Positions 13,563-27,579 are shown, numbered from the whole stretch's first letter. The stretch is 63,508 nucleotides of DNA, filler included, from Bigelowiella natans CCMP2755 (GCA_000320545.1; 3 parts of 3 records of this genome joined end to end with filler, not necessarily neighbours in it), one strand, 5' to 3'. Notes: a model not told the origin generated them from the sequence alone. A program made the numbers and translations.

Positions 13563-14455
13563 GCACGACTACTACTACTACTACTACCTGAACATCTGCT
13601 GAGCAGCGTTTCTGCCAGTCTAGGGCGTTCGAGCAGGGGATAGGTTGGTGGGGGGGGAGACCGCAGTTGAAGCACATCTTCTGAGAGCACTCGCATGAGA
13701 CGATCTCGGATTTGGGGGACTTCTTCTTATACCACAGTCCGCAGCTACATGTAGGGAGGAGGAGGAGGAGGAGGAGGAGGAGGAGGAGGGGAGGGGGGTA
13801 GAGGGTAAGCATGAAGAAAATGGAAAAATGATAGCGATGACGATGATGACAATGATTGTGGAATTGAGAGGGGAAGGAGAGAAAGAGAGAGGGAGGGAGG
13901 GAGAGAGAGAGAGAGAGAGAGGAGAGAGAAGAGAGAAATTACATGCCAACCTACCTCTTGTTTGGGCATTTGCGTAGACCGAATTTGATGGCATTGTTGA
14001 GGTACGATTCTAACGTCATCGCATTGTACTTTTCGAGGAGACCACCCTCCTCCCCCTCCCCCTCCTCCTTTTTAGGGAGGTATTTCTCAAATACCTTTAT
14101 GTAGGTCATGATAGCATAACAATGATAACGATGACTGATTAGAAGCTAGAATAGATGACAATTTAATGGGGGGTACGATCATCGTCAATATCATCCTCAT
14201 CATCATCATCATCACATTCGTCTTTTTTGAGTTGTGCTGCCTCATTTATCATCGCACCAATGAGTGTACGCATGCACAGCTACTACTAACTACCTCCCGT
14301 GGGATCTTCTCCGTACAGAAGCAGCCAAGGATGTACTTGTGTTGATGGTTTTTGTTGCAGATCAGGTGGTTGCACTTACACGTCAGAGCGTCCTTTCCGG
14401 ACTTAACCATCGCCTATTAGTAGAAAAACATAACGATGACCATGTTAAATGCTGA

Positions 14456-14490
<35 letters not shown>

Positions 14491-15070
14491 TGTGTACTTG
14501 TGCAGTACTGATCAACCCTCTCATGTATGCTCATCACCTTACAGAACGATTTCCAACAGTCATCACAGCGTCCATGTCCGCAATTCAGACGCATCCCCTC
14601 CGTCAATGCAAATGTTCCTTTACTTTTCGCGCAGATGGATGATTTGGAATTGCTGCTGTCGCTGCTGCTGCTGCTGCTAGTGGCTGATTTGCTGGTCTGT
14701 TTTTGAATGGCTTGCATTACATCGCCAACCTGATCATTGACAAGGAGGAGGAGAAGGAAGAAAATAACACATCATCATCAACAACCACCTCCTTTAAATA
14801 GATAATGCGTACACTAGAAGGACAGTATATAGCATCATTCTCTACATGAAGATCCAGAGGGATTAGAGTGCATATCATCATGAGACAGACAGCTTCCACA
14901 TAATATATGCTAAAACACCTACCGCGAATTTGAGAGACCTCGCTTCTCTTATAATGTCCCTTGTCGACATCCCATCCTTTAGCGCCTTGACTACGAATTC
15001 TGTAACCTCGGCGGCGCCCCCAGTCTAGTAGGGATTGAATTATCAATGATATTCTCCAACACATCGCACA

Positions 15071-15164
<94 letters not shown>

Positions 15165-16283
15165 ACGCTGATGTTTACACATATTGTGGAAACTGAAGTT
15201 AAAAACTACTTTCCCCCCTTACCTTGCCGCGCAGAACACTTAACTTTACATGTATATAATGTGTCTTTTGTGTGTGTGTGTGTGTGCGTGTGTGTGAGTG
15301 TGTAAAATACTGCTAATGCTTTGAATGCTCTAATAATACGTAACAATCACCTTCGAGGAGGAGGAGGAAGAGGATGAAGTATCTGCTTTTGCTTCGGGTA
15401 TATATGTGCAGCAAGGGATCCTCGTGGTTGATGCCTGGAGAATATAAGGAATAAAATCAGGAAAATTGAATGGAGTTCAACCAGCAGCCCTCTGGCTGCT
15501 GCTGCTGCTGCCTTGAATTAATGAGGTAGGTTAAACGCTCCGTGACCGAATAAAAACTATTGCTATTACTATTACTACTACTACTACAACTACTACTACG
15601 CTCACCTGATCTTCCCACTCATCCGGTTTTCTACTTATTCCAAGCTTTTCTCTCATCTTTCCGGGAGAATCATCGTTCTTGAACCACGCTGTTTCTAATG
15701 TCTGTTTGGCCCACTTATAGTTTCTCAGCGCTATCTCGGTCTGTGCGGAGTATTGTTTGTGGATAATAAATAGGAGGTATGTGGGTGGGGAGATTACTCA
15801 TATGCAACTATCACTCATCATCGACTACGCGACGCATGTACCAGTACCGTAAATATCCATTGTTATGATATTATCCATAAGATTAACCTGGAATCGTTAA
15901 TTAGCGATATTCACCTGGCCTTCCTCGACAAAGAGAACGTTGCTAATGTCTTTGATTGCTCGTCGCATTTCCTTCCCAAGCTCCGTTTTGGGGTCTCTGA
16001 TTACAACGTAGCCGTTTATAACTTCTTGCTTCTCTTCAGCAGGATCCATGGCCATCTGGTCTTCCTCATTGTCCCAACCTGCTTCATTATCTCCCTCATC
16101 GTCCCACCCCCCATCATTCTCTTCCCAGTCTCCTTCCTTTTCGTCCTGGCTCATCTCGTCGCTCCAGTTACCACCACCACCCTCTTGGCCCGCATCTTCG
16201 TCACCCCATCCTAAATATTACTCATCGTGAGAAAATATGATCAACGTCAAGAGATATTGATCTTCCATGTTACCTTCATCCAT
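11368..16283 (-). CDS. Ariadne-family RBR E3 ubiquitin ligase
   Basis: Acidic/Gly N-terminus (MDEGWGDED..., 10-nt first coding exon 16274-16283), UBA-like ALRNYKW, RING1 (CGHGRCDDCWKSF), IBR (CPNKR..C...CECSQKMCFNCGLPPHQPIPC), RING2 (CPNKNC...RCLHMICSECKYHWCWAC...HDSFYHC), Ariadne helix (YIVAFY...KHLFEFQLKDMAEKT) and a C-terminal Cys-rich finger. Confidence 0.92.
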
Positions 16284-16969
16284 ATTTTGAGATGGCTCGT
16301 CGTAGTTGAGGTCCTCCTCCTAAGGTGGTGAAAGGACAGGAAATTAGAAACCTTCGGCTTCCTCCAAAGATCACAGTAGTAAATTGAACTTAGAAATGTG
16401 TTTATCTGGGCATTGCACACACCATCACGAGTGTTCCGGGCTCCTTTGTGGTGTATCGTCCTCGACGTCGTTAGTCTTGCCTCTGGTGGATTTCTGTACA
16501 ATCTTGTCGCAATTCCAGGATACGCTAAACTGCACACGCATTACAATTTGATGATGCGACAAGGTAAAAACTTCTTAATGATACATATTTAGACCCTTCC
16601 CCGCATCTGAAGGAAGCATGACAGCAGGAATAACTCTGAATTCCAAACTTTTTATTCAACAAAAGAATTGTGCTTTCCTTAGGATGTTTTAGGGTCATAA
16701 TATGATCTAAATTGGTGCTTACGCGGGAGGGGGAGATCTTGGAAGCAGCAGAGAAAGTACTTTGGAATCAGAAAAATGATGAAAACCTCGAGAGACTTCT
16801 GCATGCGACAACTAAGAATAGAGGTCGTACATCGGGAGGTAAAGACTAGAAATTTCTTGATATTTCCATCTTGCGACAACATAATTTGTGTGGTCGGAAT
16901 CTAGAAAACGCAGTCTGTTGTTCACGCTCCGAAGATATACCCCCCTCGACTATCCCCCTTTCCATCGAC

Positions 16970-19015
16970 ATGATAGGAGGACACATAGGCGGTGGAAAAT
17001 CGCGGTGTGATCTCTCGTGTTCAAGGGGTGCGATCTTTCTACTTGCTTCTGGGCTCGTGTTGCTTCTGAGTCGTGGTGATAAAAGGCTAGGCAGCAGTAC
17101 CGCGAGTGGTAGTACGGGACAAACTTCTCGTATTCTTAGTAACCAGCCCCAGAATATCCTGCTTCGTCGGAATCGAGGAGCGAAATATGGATCATCTTCA
17201 TTATATGGCCGATACACGTCGTATTCCCCTATTCTCTGCAGGCAGGAGGCTTCCCCAACCGAGAAATGGTCCTCCTCCTCCTCTTCCTCGTCGTCGTCAG
17301 CAGCAACAGCAGGTTTTCACCACCTTAAGACTCAGACGTTCCGGAACCTCACCATCGACAGGCAACAGCCACCAGAGCAAATCCAAGCCCTAATTCGCCC
17401 TCTGCTAGACTATAAGGACGAATTAAGCGAGAGAGAGCTCGGTTTCTTGATAAAAGCTGCTGGCCTCAACGGCCTGCGAGACCTTGCCGACGAGATCCTG
17501 GAGCTGGCAAGGAGGGAAGGTAAGGCGAACGTCATCACGTACAACACCGCTATTTCTACGATGAGGGCTGATGGTGATGTTCCACGCGCTGTTGCGCTGC
17601 TGGAGAAGATGATCGCCGACGAGACGGAACCCAACGCCGGTACATACGTAACTATTCTCGGGGCATGCGAAAATGCATGTGACGCAAAGCAGGCAGAGGC
17701 GCTCCTGAAGGACCTTGAGGTTCGAAACGTACTAAAGGACATCTCAGTATACCGAGGGGCCCTGAATGTGTTTGCGAAGACTGGCGACTGGAAAAACTGT
17801 GTTCAAATACTTCGCGAGATGGATGAGCGTGATGATCCCAACGCCGCCGCAGGAGGAGTCCTTCCTGATGAGGCAGTTTACAACCAGGTAATCGAAGCCT
17901 GTATGCGCCATGGCAAAGCCGAAGGACTCAAGATCGCTGAGGCACTGTTGGAGGAATTCGAGGAGAAAGGATTACGATGGAACGAGGACACGTACGCACA
18001 AGGCATCCAACTGTTGACGCGGACTGGGGCGGTCACACAGGCTATCAACTTGTTTGAGGAAGCTCCTTATCGTACTACCGGTATCTACAATGCGGTACTT
18101 AAGGCATACAGCGCCCAGAAGCGAAACGGAATGGCGTGGGAAGCTGCACTTGGGGTGTTTTCCGACATGCTAGCAGCAGCAGAAGCTGGGTGGGTGGACA
18201 AAGGAAGAAAAGAACGTGTTGTGAAGCCAACACACGTAACGTATAACCTTATCACTGGGATCCTAGGCGGTGCTGGTAAGTGGCAGATCGCGCTGCAGCT
18301 TTTCGACGACTCAATGCCCTCTATGAAGGTGAGGCCGAACGCTTACAACTACGTAAGTATTCTCTCAGCTGTGTCTAGGTACGGTATGTGGGAGACATCT
18401 TTGGATCTACTTAACAGGATGCAGCAAGATAAATCAGGCGTCAAACCCGTCACCGCTGCCTATAATAGCGTGATCCGTGCTATCGCCCGCGCACCGAGGG
18501 AGGGGACCAAGAGGAAGCGCGAAATGGACACCTGGCAGCATGGCGTTGTGTTGCTGGAGGATATGTCTCGCAGACGAGTACAGAGGGATGCGATTTGCAT
18601 GGTAGAATCTATTCGTATGTTTGGTGCGTATGGGCAACTCGGTCGTGCTCTAGATGTTCTGCAGGATTTCGAGGCGAATGAAAAGTTCCGCAGTGACCGC
18701 ATGAGGCGCACACACGCATACAATGCGGCGTTAGAGGCGAGCTTCTTGTCGTTCAACTGGCAGCAGGCCCTGCGGGTTGTCCAGCAAATGAATGCGCTCA
18801 AGGTAGAGGACAACTTCTACACGTACGAGACAATGGTCAGTGGCCTTTCTGTCAACGCACAATGGGAACGTGCCGTCCAGGTAGGATCGCCAGTGTAGAT
18901 ATCATCCCGCCGAGAGTATTATTAATGAAGTATATCGAGTGAGGAGGCTGATGGTGGTGGTGGTGGTGGTGGTGGTGATGATGATGATGATGTGGTGATT
19001 CTTAGCAGCAAACTA

Positions 19016-19060
<45 letters not shown>

Positions 19061-19222
19061 TATATATTATTATCATGTCAGATGTTAGAAGACGTTCGAG
19101 CTTCAAAGAAAAAGCCAACAGAGAAAATGTTCTTGAAGGTGGTGTCAGCCCTTGAAAAGGCTGGTAAGGACAAACTAGCATCGAAGTACTACGAGATGTC
19201 TCTACAAGACTTAAGCTTGTGA
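16970..19222 (+). CDS. P-type pentatricopeptide repeat protein, probably organelle/plastid targeted; one intron 18881-19081
   Basis: Tandem ~35-aa motifs (NVITYNTAIS, PDEAVYNQVIEAC, PTHVTYNLITGIL, PNAYNYVSILSAV, YNAALEA). GT..AG intron joins ERAVQ to MLEDVRASKKKP. Confidence 0.93.
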
Positions 19223-19316
19223 AAATGATATTATAACGCATATCAATTTTTTATTAATTTCTCTACACATAGATGCACGTACATGCATCTGTAGGCCATA
19301 GGTATTATGTAAATTT

Positions 19317-19359
<43 letters not shown>

Positions 19360-19817
19360 CTGTGCGTGCGTGTTGCGGAATACTCGCTTCTCGCACTTGT
19401 GGCAACTGTTCAAATAATGCATAGCAAGACTACTATCACAATTTTCCTCAATGAACATGTGGATTCTCAACGTCGTAGATTAGAGGCAAACTAAAATTCT
19501 TCATCACTCACTGATATAGTAATACGTGTTCTTCCGTGCGTCTCAAGAAGTTCCTCCTACTCTCATTATTTACGTCGTTCAAATGCAAGAACAAATAGCC
19601 AGTCAGATCCTAGAATTGTTAAATTGGGATATTCTATGCTACATTTGCCACGGATTGGAAATATTTTATTGTTATTGAGAGCATGCATGTACATGTCATC
19701 TCACAGTATTATTCGTTTGAATCGCCTCATCACATATGTCTGAAAGCGGATGAATGTGTGCACAGTACCGCAATAGCGATACGCATTGATGCATGCGTTG
19801 TAATTTAGAGAATCAAG

Positions 19818-20280
19818 CTAGTATTATAAATCACATATGAATAAATCGGCCTTGCTAGCTTGCGTGTAGTTTGCAGGCTGCAATAACACGCACATCCACT
19901 GGTAGCTTTATAGGAAAAAAGGCCTAGGCTAGAAGTGTTAACATCTTTCTGGTTAGATTTTGTCTCTTGTTATCTCCACGTTGTAATTGCTTGTGGGACG
20001 CTAAGAAATTGATGCTCGTCGTCATCGCATCAAGCTAGCAAGGACATGTCAAGCTGTGCTCTAGTGCTCACTATTATCCTATTATCCTGCTACTCTGATT
20101 TTACTGGCAATCTAGCATGTAGTAGTAGCTAGATAGCTAGGTAGTAGCAGCAGAAGTAGTTGTGGTCTAGCTAGCTAGTGGTAGTAGATGTACCCATTCC
20201 ATCGTAATCTCGATTCTGCTGTCTAGCTGTGTAATAGCGCTGATGAATAATCTAGGTACATGCCATCTCTTGTTGCTAGC
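19818..20280. other. CTAG-rich tract in convergent intergenic region 2
   Basis: About 15 CTAG in ~460 bp, including TCTAGCTAGCTAG. Confidence 0.85.
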
Positions 20281-20503
20281 TGCTGCGTAAAGGAGAAGCG
20301 ATATGCGTGTGATGCTACACTAAATGTTCGTAAGTGATGATGCACTATATATGCGTGTGATGATGCACTAAATATCTGTCAATTTCTCGTCCGCTATGTT
20401 AAAGCTTACATGTGTGTATGTTTGTACAAGCAAATACATATGAATCTTTCTGATTTTCATTGCACTCATTATCTCCCTCCTCTCCTCCTTCTCCTTCTTT
20501 TTC

Positions 20504-21181
20504 TTAAGTTGTAAAAACTCGCATAGTTAATCCATAAACAACGATTCTTCGACATAGCGCGTCGAATTCAGGCTTCCCGTGGAGGTAGTGCTGGTGGTGG
20601 TGGTGGTGCTGCTGTAGCTTGCGACGGGCAAGTTCTCTTCCAAGCTTTGTCTCATCATTTTCACCCGAAAGACCCTCCTCATCCAAATCCATGCTCTCCA
20701 CCAAGTCGTTAATATCTTGTGATAACTTCTTCTCCTTTATTTTAGACATAACCAAACACACACACACACACACAGAAAGTATATAAAAGGTACGGAAGAT
20801 GAGCAGATGATTCGGAGCTTGTAGCACACTCATTGATCGATCTGGAGTTGCGTCATGCTGTTTTTATTGGCTTCTTGTCTCTTCAAACGCATATCAATCG
20901 ACACATGGCAGGTCGCTTTTCATAACGCATCGAGTAATACACGACGCAACAACGGTTACTGATTTACATTAGTATATGTATATAAATATATTTTTTTATT
21001 TGTTCTTCCCGTCCCCTGCTACTGAGCAACTACTACTACTAGTACTACCTCTATCTCAGGCATGCTCAAGATATCAGCCAGGAATCTGTACAATTTTGCA
21101 GCATTTTCTATCTTGAATCTACGCGGTAGGGGCGAGGAGGTTGACGATGGTATTGTCATCGTCGTCGTCGTCGTCGTCGTT

Positions 21182-21218
<37 letters not shown>

Positions 21219-22049
21219 GTACGCTTTCCTTCTCATCAGCAATTCTGTTTCTACTACTGGAAGTTGTCGTTGCTGTGTCAGTCTTGCCGCGTTCTTGGGG
21301 AGCGGCGGCGGCGGAGGAGGAGGAGGAGGAGGGATGCTTGTGTGGTGTCGCTCTCGGGTGAGTTATTGTATGTTCCGAAAACTTGGTAAATGCCCCATCG
21401 ACGATCTAGGAAGCAGAATAGTCAAGGATTATGGTGGTGATTTATCGCTTACAATTACAAGTATCAATATATAGCTAATGAACCACAAGAAGGAGGAGGA
21501 GAGGAGGAGGAGAAGAGAGAAAGATGTTGTATGTAGATGGTAGTCGTAGTTGGGATTTCATTAATGATGACTTTCTCCCGAGCTTGCTTCTCTACCCGGC
21601 CGAATATTGTATTTCTTATTACTACAAAGTCAACAAGTCGTCTTCCTTTGCACTAGCATCTAGGTCATTCATATCTCATACCCCATTCCATATGTCCCTG
21701 AAGCCAGCAGGTGTCATAGTTGTCGTTGTCGTGTCGCCCATCCCCCCCCGCTTTTCATTTGGTGATGACACCATAGACTTTCCATCCGAGGGGGAGGCTG
21801 ATGTGCCTGTCCTGCTGTTTCTCTTTGCTGCTGTGCTCACCATTGATTTATTCGTCGCATGTTTTACGGAAGAATACGGTGACGATGGGGGAGATGCCTC
21901 TAACTGCGGATGATGGCGACTGTGGTTAGCTTCTGCTCTACCAGAGTCACCTTCAACATCTTCCTCGTCAGCACGGGCGATAAGACACATTGCCTCAAAG
22001 AACGACTGATCTCCAGGGTAAAATTCAGGGTCGTTCAGTGCCGTTATCT

Positions 22050-22082
<33 letters not shown>

Positions 22083-22349
22083 CAATAAATAATGTATTGA
22101 TGACTGCTATGATTCGAACGAGTACAAACGAAGGAGGAGGAGGAGGAGGAGGAGGAGGAGGAGAAAGAAGAGATAGAGACAACTACTGGGTGAAAAATAT
22201 AAGCATGTATTATGTCGCAAACGATGATCAAAGTGTACTTTGGTGAGGGCGATGCTGTTCGCAAGGATAAACTTAAGGAGGAAACAGAATCCGCTCTTGG
22301 TGATGTATTGACCGTCCTCGTCTATATGTAGTAGAAACACACACAAATA

Positions 22350-22387
<38 letters not shown>

Positions 22388-22790
22388 CACCCGAAGGCAG
22401 AGACAGACGAAACAAGTAAGGACAACCAACACGACAATAATGCATTCATTCCTGCAACAAGAGCTCCTGTCCCCCTACCTTATCTGGATGAGGCGGTGGT
22501 GGTGGAGGAGGAGGAGGAGGGGAGAAGGGTGAAACATGAGCAAGGTGGGGGTGATAATGATAACCAGTATGGATGAACTCCATGTAGCTTTGCACAGCAA
22601 GGGTCAATGTCTCATCACGTAGCGGCGCATAGCTAACGAACAGGGTAGGTGGTGGTGGTGGGGGGGGGGTGAATGAAGAAGAGGTAGCAGAAACAGCAGC
22701 AAAAGGAAAAGAAAGAGCAAAATGCCAGGTAACGATAAGATTCTTTGTAGGTGGTGGGAAGTGGACGCACACAATAGATGAAAATTTACG

Positions 22791-22824
<34 letters not shown>

Positions 22825-23705
22825 ACGGAATTTCGAGATAAAACACCAATCCGACATCATCAATTTTATCCGACTATTAGTATGTGTTGATGATCGTTTA
22901 TAATCCGGGGCGAAGAAGGGAGTCGGAGGATTGGATCATAATTTACATTTTCAAAGATATTACGAGACACACCCGAAATTTCTGTAGATCGCAGCCAGTA
23001 CGGGTTGAATTTCCTGCAGCAATGGAATCGATCAGATTAAAGAGGGGGGATAGGAAGTCTCAAGCCGGGTCTTGTTTTCATCGCTTAATATTTATCAGAT
23101 CACGAGTAATAATAGCCATATCATGTAGAGAACATGTACGTAACAATCAAGCAAACAATCTTATTTAAAGAAATGTCGTTTTTCTGATGTGTTGGAATAA
23201 AAGGAGGTAGCAGCAGTAGTAGTAGCATTAGTGGTAGTAGTAAGTAGTAGTGCCTGCTGCGAGATCTTTCCATCACTATTCTCGTCAGCGTTTTGGAATT
23301 CTTCATCGAGAACCTAACCAAAAGATAACAACTGTAGCTACCACTGCTGCTGCTGCTGCTGCTGCTAACCTACTATGGTCAATACCATCTTGTGAAGCAA
23401 CTAATACCTACCTACCTACTATGGTCAATATGATCTTGTCAAGCAACCAATACCTACCTGTGGCAAGCTACTAATATCAGCCGAAAGAAGCAGAAGATAG
23501 CCGTTGACGGTAAGATGCATTGGGTCGTTGTGTCCTGTTACAAAACATTCTATTATTCCTTATTTTAAGGAGGAAGAAGTTGGTTGTCTTATATTGCTGT
23601 GTTGATAATGGAGTTCGGCTTGTAGTTTGACTGGGAAAACGCCCAAATCTACTACAACTAACACTATTACACATACCTTCTTCTTCATCACAGGAGAAAG
23701 CTATT
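20504..23705 (-). CDS. Multi-exon EF-hand calcium-binding protein; 5' end lost in the scaffold gap
   Basis: Exon 23313-23254 plus the exon starting at 23013 give VLDEEFQNADENSDGKISQQ|EIQPVLAAIY, a canonical EF loop (DxNxDGxISxxE). Degenerate EF-like segments DEDGQYITKSGF and SMDLDEEG follow. Stop at 20504. Confidence 0.7.
23368..23459. repeat. Imperfect tandem duplication, 2 x ~46 bp, intronic
   Basis: ACCTACTATGGTCAATA..ATCTTGT.AAGCAAC.AATACCTACCT occurs twice. Confidence 0.85.
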
Positions 23706-23855
23706 GATTGCCGTGTCGAAATGATATTTTTCTGCTGGGAATGATAAATAAAACTATCAGGAGAAGCTCGGGTTTCGGGTGTAATAAACGATTTCACACT
23801 CGAGGGAGGGGGGGGGGGGGGGATGGACGAAAGGTGTGCTTTGTGTGCTACAAAC

Positions 23856-23955
23856 NNNNNNNNNNNNNNNNNNNNNNNNNNNNNNNNNNNNNNNNNNNNT
23901 TAATTAATTAANNNNNNNNNNNNNNNNNNNNNNNNNNNNNNNNNNNNNNNNNNNN
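23856..23955. other. Artificial scaffold gap linker (44 N + TTAATTAATTAA + 44 N)
   Basis: Exactly 100 bp with a six-frame stop linker, identical in design to 43668-43767. Confidence 0.98.
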
Positions 23956-24048
23956 GGGGGGGGGGGGGAGAGGGGAGAGAAGAGAGAGGGAGAGAGAGGG
24001 AGAGAGAGGGAGAGAGGTGAGGAGCAGCGGCAATAGCAGCAGCAGCGG

Positions 24049-24081
<33 letters not shown>

Positions 24082-24196
24082 CCGCATACATTTTAGCAGC
24101 AGTAGCAGATAGATGCAGCAGCACAACGTACTATTATTAATTTTATTATTATCATTGTTATTGTTAGTTATTATTTCTTATGATTACTATTACCGA

Positions 24197-24288
24197 GGTA
24201 ATGGCTTCTTCCAATTGATCAGATGCATCAGGAACATCCATGCTCAATTCTTCCAGTATTTGTAGGAGCCTTAGATTGTTGTTGTTGT

Positions 24289-24319
<31 letters not shown>

Positions 24320-24452
24320 CTACTACCATTGCTGCTGCTGCTGCTGCTACTACTACTACTACTACTACTACTTTTCGAATCCTTGGAACATTTCTTGGGG
24401 TTTCACAGCCTAAATAAAACGATGCACAGAATAATTGCAACAATAAAGATAC

Positions 24453-24496
<44 letters not shown>

Positions 24497-24577
24497 CATG
24501 ATATTGCCTATTACTTAATCATTATTATTAGTAGTAGTGAACCAGCAGCAGCAACAGCCTTAGTGTTGTCTCGATGC

Positions 24578-24614
<37 letters not shown>

Positions 24615-25125
24615 TGTGTGTCAAAAAGACAAAAATACGCCTACAGGGTTGCAGGGTGGCAATGCTAGCAGTTAGTTCTAGTACATACCATCATCACCAG
24701 CACCAATCACCATAATTAATATGTGCTACTGCTACGGCTCCTCCTACCTTCCTTGAGTGGAGATCTGCAACCAATTTATTGACCTTGACGAGATCTTTAC
24801 GAGACCTATCATTATAAAAGCAGCAGCAGCAGCAGCGATAAGATAGATAGACAGACAGATAATCATGATAATTATGATGGCTATGATGATGATGATGATC
24901 ATCATCATCATCATCATGCCACCGCCTATGATTCTATAAGCGTTACCTATCCATTGCCATTGAGAGTGCTGTTTTGATCAATTGATGACCAAAATGAGGA
25001 GCTTTCATCTCAATGAAGCTGCGGGCTACTTCCTTAACATCATTTGATGCCAAGAATTCTCTGATAATTTGGCCAAATCGATCCTGGATGATGATAAAGA
25101 GAAGATCAATTTAACAATATTGTCG

Positions 25126-25156
<31 letters not shown>

Positions 25157-25313
25157 CATATATTTCTTGTTATTCTTGTAGTATTATCATTACTGTATGT
25201 CTGATTGTTATCATCATCATCATCATCATCATCATCATTCATGCATCCATTTGACATCATTGTTACTATAGCTTACTACTACTACGGTAGAGCTCTTACT
25301 ACTCATCATCACC

Positions 25314-25347
<34 letters not shown>

Positions 25348-26070
25348 TCGTTTCCATATATACTATTTAAGAGAGAGGATCAATGTTGAGAGGATGGATG
25401 GATGCACGGATGGATGGATTGATGAGCGACGACGAGATGAGGAAATAAATATAGTAGCACGTAATAATTATACTTTAACGCGTCTTGTAGGTTTGCTATT
25501 CATAGCAACAGTAGATAGCTGTCTCAGTTGTTTAGGCGATAACCCAAACTTTGATGATGCATTCACTATCTCTCCCAGCATTCTTCGTGCATCTGGTACG
25601 TCCTATTATCAATATCATCAATATCACCAATATCATCATTATCATCATCATTATCATCATCATCTAGTAGTAGTAATAGTAGTAGTATAGTAGCAGTAGT
25701 AGTAGTAGTACAATTTCTTAGATGTTGTTTAAACTGATGACAGATGATAGCACAATATTAGGAGGTGTGTAAGTAATTTACTATTACACACGTATGTATA
25801 ACAAACAAATCAAAATAAAACAATGTGGTGAGTGCTACACCACCATGATCACGTCATCAATCTGCTGCGAGAGGTAGTATAGACCATTAAAGACTTCAAT
25901 TGGACGAAGTACACGCCTATAGTTGTTATTGTGTGTCGTGTTCGCAACATTAGACGATGATGTTGGGGTTGTTATTCTTCATTATTATCACTAAAAAGGG
26001 GAGTCCAAGAAGGCTTGGTTGGGTGAAAATGATGATGATATCACAGCTGCTCAAGTATAAACAACTAATG

Positions 26071-26103
<33 letters not shown>

Positions 26104-26198
26104 CCTCCTCCTCGTCCTCCTCTTTGAAGAACTGACTCTGTCGTGAGATATTCGAAGAGAGGCACAAGTTGCTTCCGACATACTTCTTTTTGATCTGC

Positions 26199-26232
<34 letters not shown>

Positions 26233-26259
26233 AGTAGCAGCAGTAAGTAGCAGCATGGG

Positions 26260-26290
<31 letters not shown>

Positions 26291-26910
26291 ATACGTACCG
26301 AGGCCAAGCCGAACAATAATCTTGGTTACTTCTGGTCTTAAAGAATTTCCAAAGATGTCCAATGCTGCTAAGACCCTCCTCCCTAGTTCAACCTGGAGGG
26401 AGGGAGGGAGGGAGGGAGGGGGGGAAAGAGGGAAAGCAATGAAGAAGAAATGTGTGGTTAGTGTGTAATTGTGTTGTTGATCTCAAACCAATCATACATC
26501 AAGAACCAACCACATAGTTTGCTACTACCTACTACCTTCTCAAATGATTGAAAATACTCTCTTGCAGCTTCAGACACAGATTTTTTAAACAGTATTCGCA
26601 GGTGAGCACTTGAGGTGCCATCTCTGTGATATACAATTTTAACAAGCACACACGAGAATAGCAGGTAAAAGACGACGACAAGAACAACGAGGAATTATGA
26701 GATGTAATTCCGTGTTAAAGGAAGGTGAAGATGCAGCACAGCAGCAGCAGCAGTCTTGAGATATCATCATCTTATACTACCCTTCAGATGTTGTCAGTGA
26801 TCGTGGCGTTGAGGATTTTGACCGATTTGAGGAAGATATCCCAGAGGCCGCTATCACGAGCGTATAAGAAAGGAAAGAAAGTAACAGCAAAAAACACATA
26901 TTTAATACAA

Positions 26911-26947
<37 letters not shown>

Positions 26948-26973
26948 CAGCGTGCGTGCATGTGCATGTACAT

Positions 26974-27017
<44 letters not shown>

Positions 27018-27328
27018 GCCACATGTTATTATCAGCGAGTGGAGGCCTCCAGGCCTGAGATCCTATTGTTATTATTATTATTCCGAGTTACGATGGTGGT
27101 GAACCTTCATCATCATCATCATCATCATAATAATGATTCTCATCGTTGCAATATCATCACTAACATCAGTCTAGTTTTTAAATAAATGATCAGTAACCCA
27201 CCACCGAGAGAGGCGAAGGTGATGATGCTGCCTCCATGCCGTCCGTCTTCATCATATCCGATGATGAAGAAGGAGGAACAACATTGAATCTAATTAATGA
27301 CAAAACAAACACGGAGATGATGATGACT

Positions 27329-27366
<38 letters not shown>

Positions 27367-27544
27367 CTTGATGATGATAGGCGATTACTAAATTTAGACA
27401 AAGAAAAAATCTGCTGAATTGTTTATCCAGTAGTACCCTGTTGTTGATTGAAATTTAGCAGTTCTTGGAGTTGGTTCCTTGAGATGTTGCTCTTCTCCGT
27501 TTGTACTAGTTGTGCCTGGAGGAGGAGGAGGGGCACTGGCTGTT

Positions 27545-27579
<35 letters not shown>

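Noticed and set aside
23900-23911. TTAATTAATTAA palindrome (also 43712-43723)
   Set aside because: Synthetic six-frame stop linker centred in N runs.
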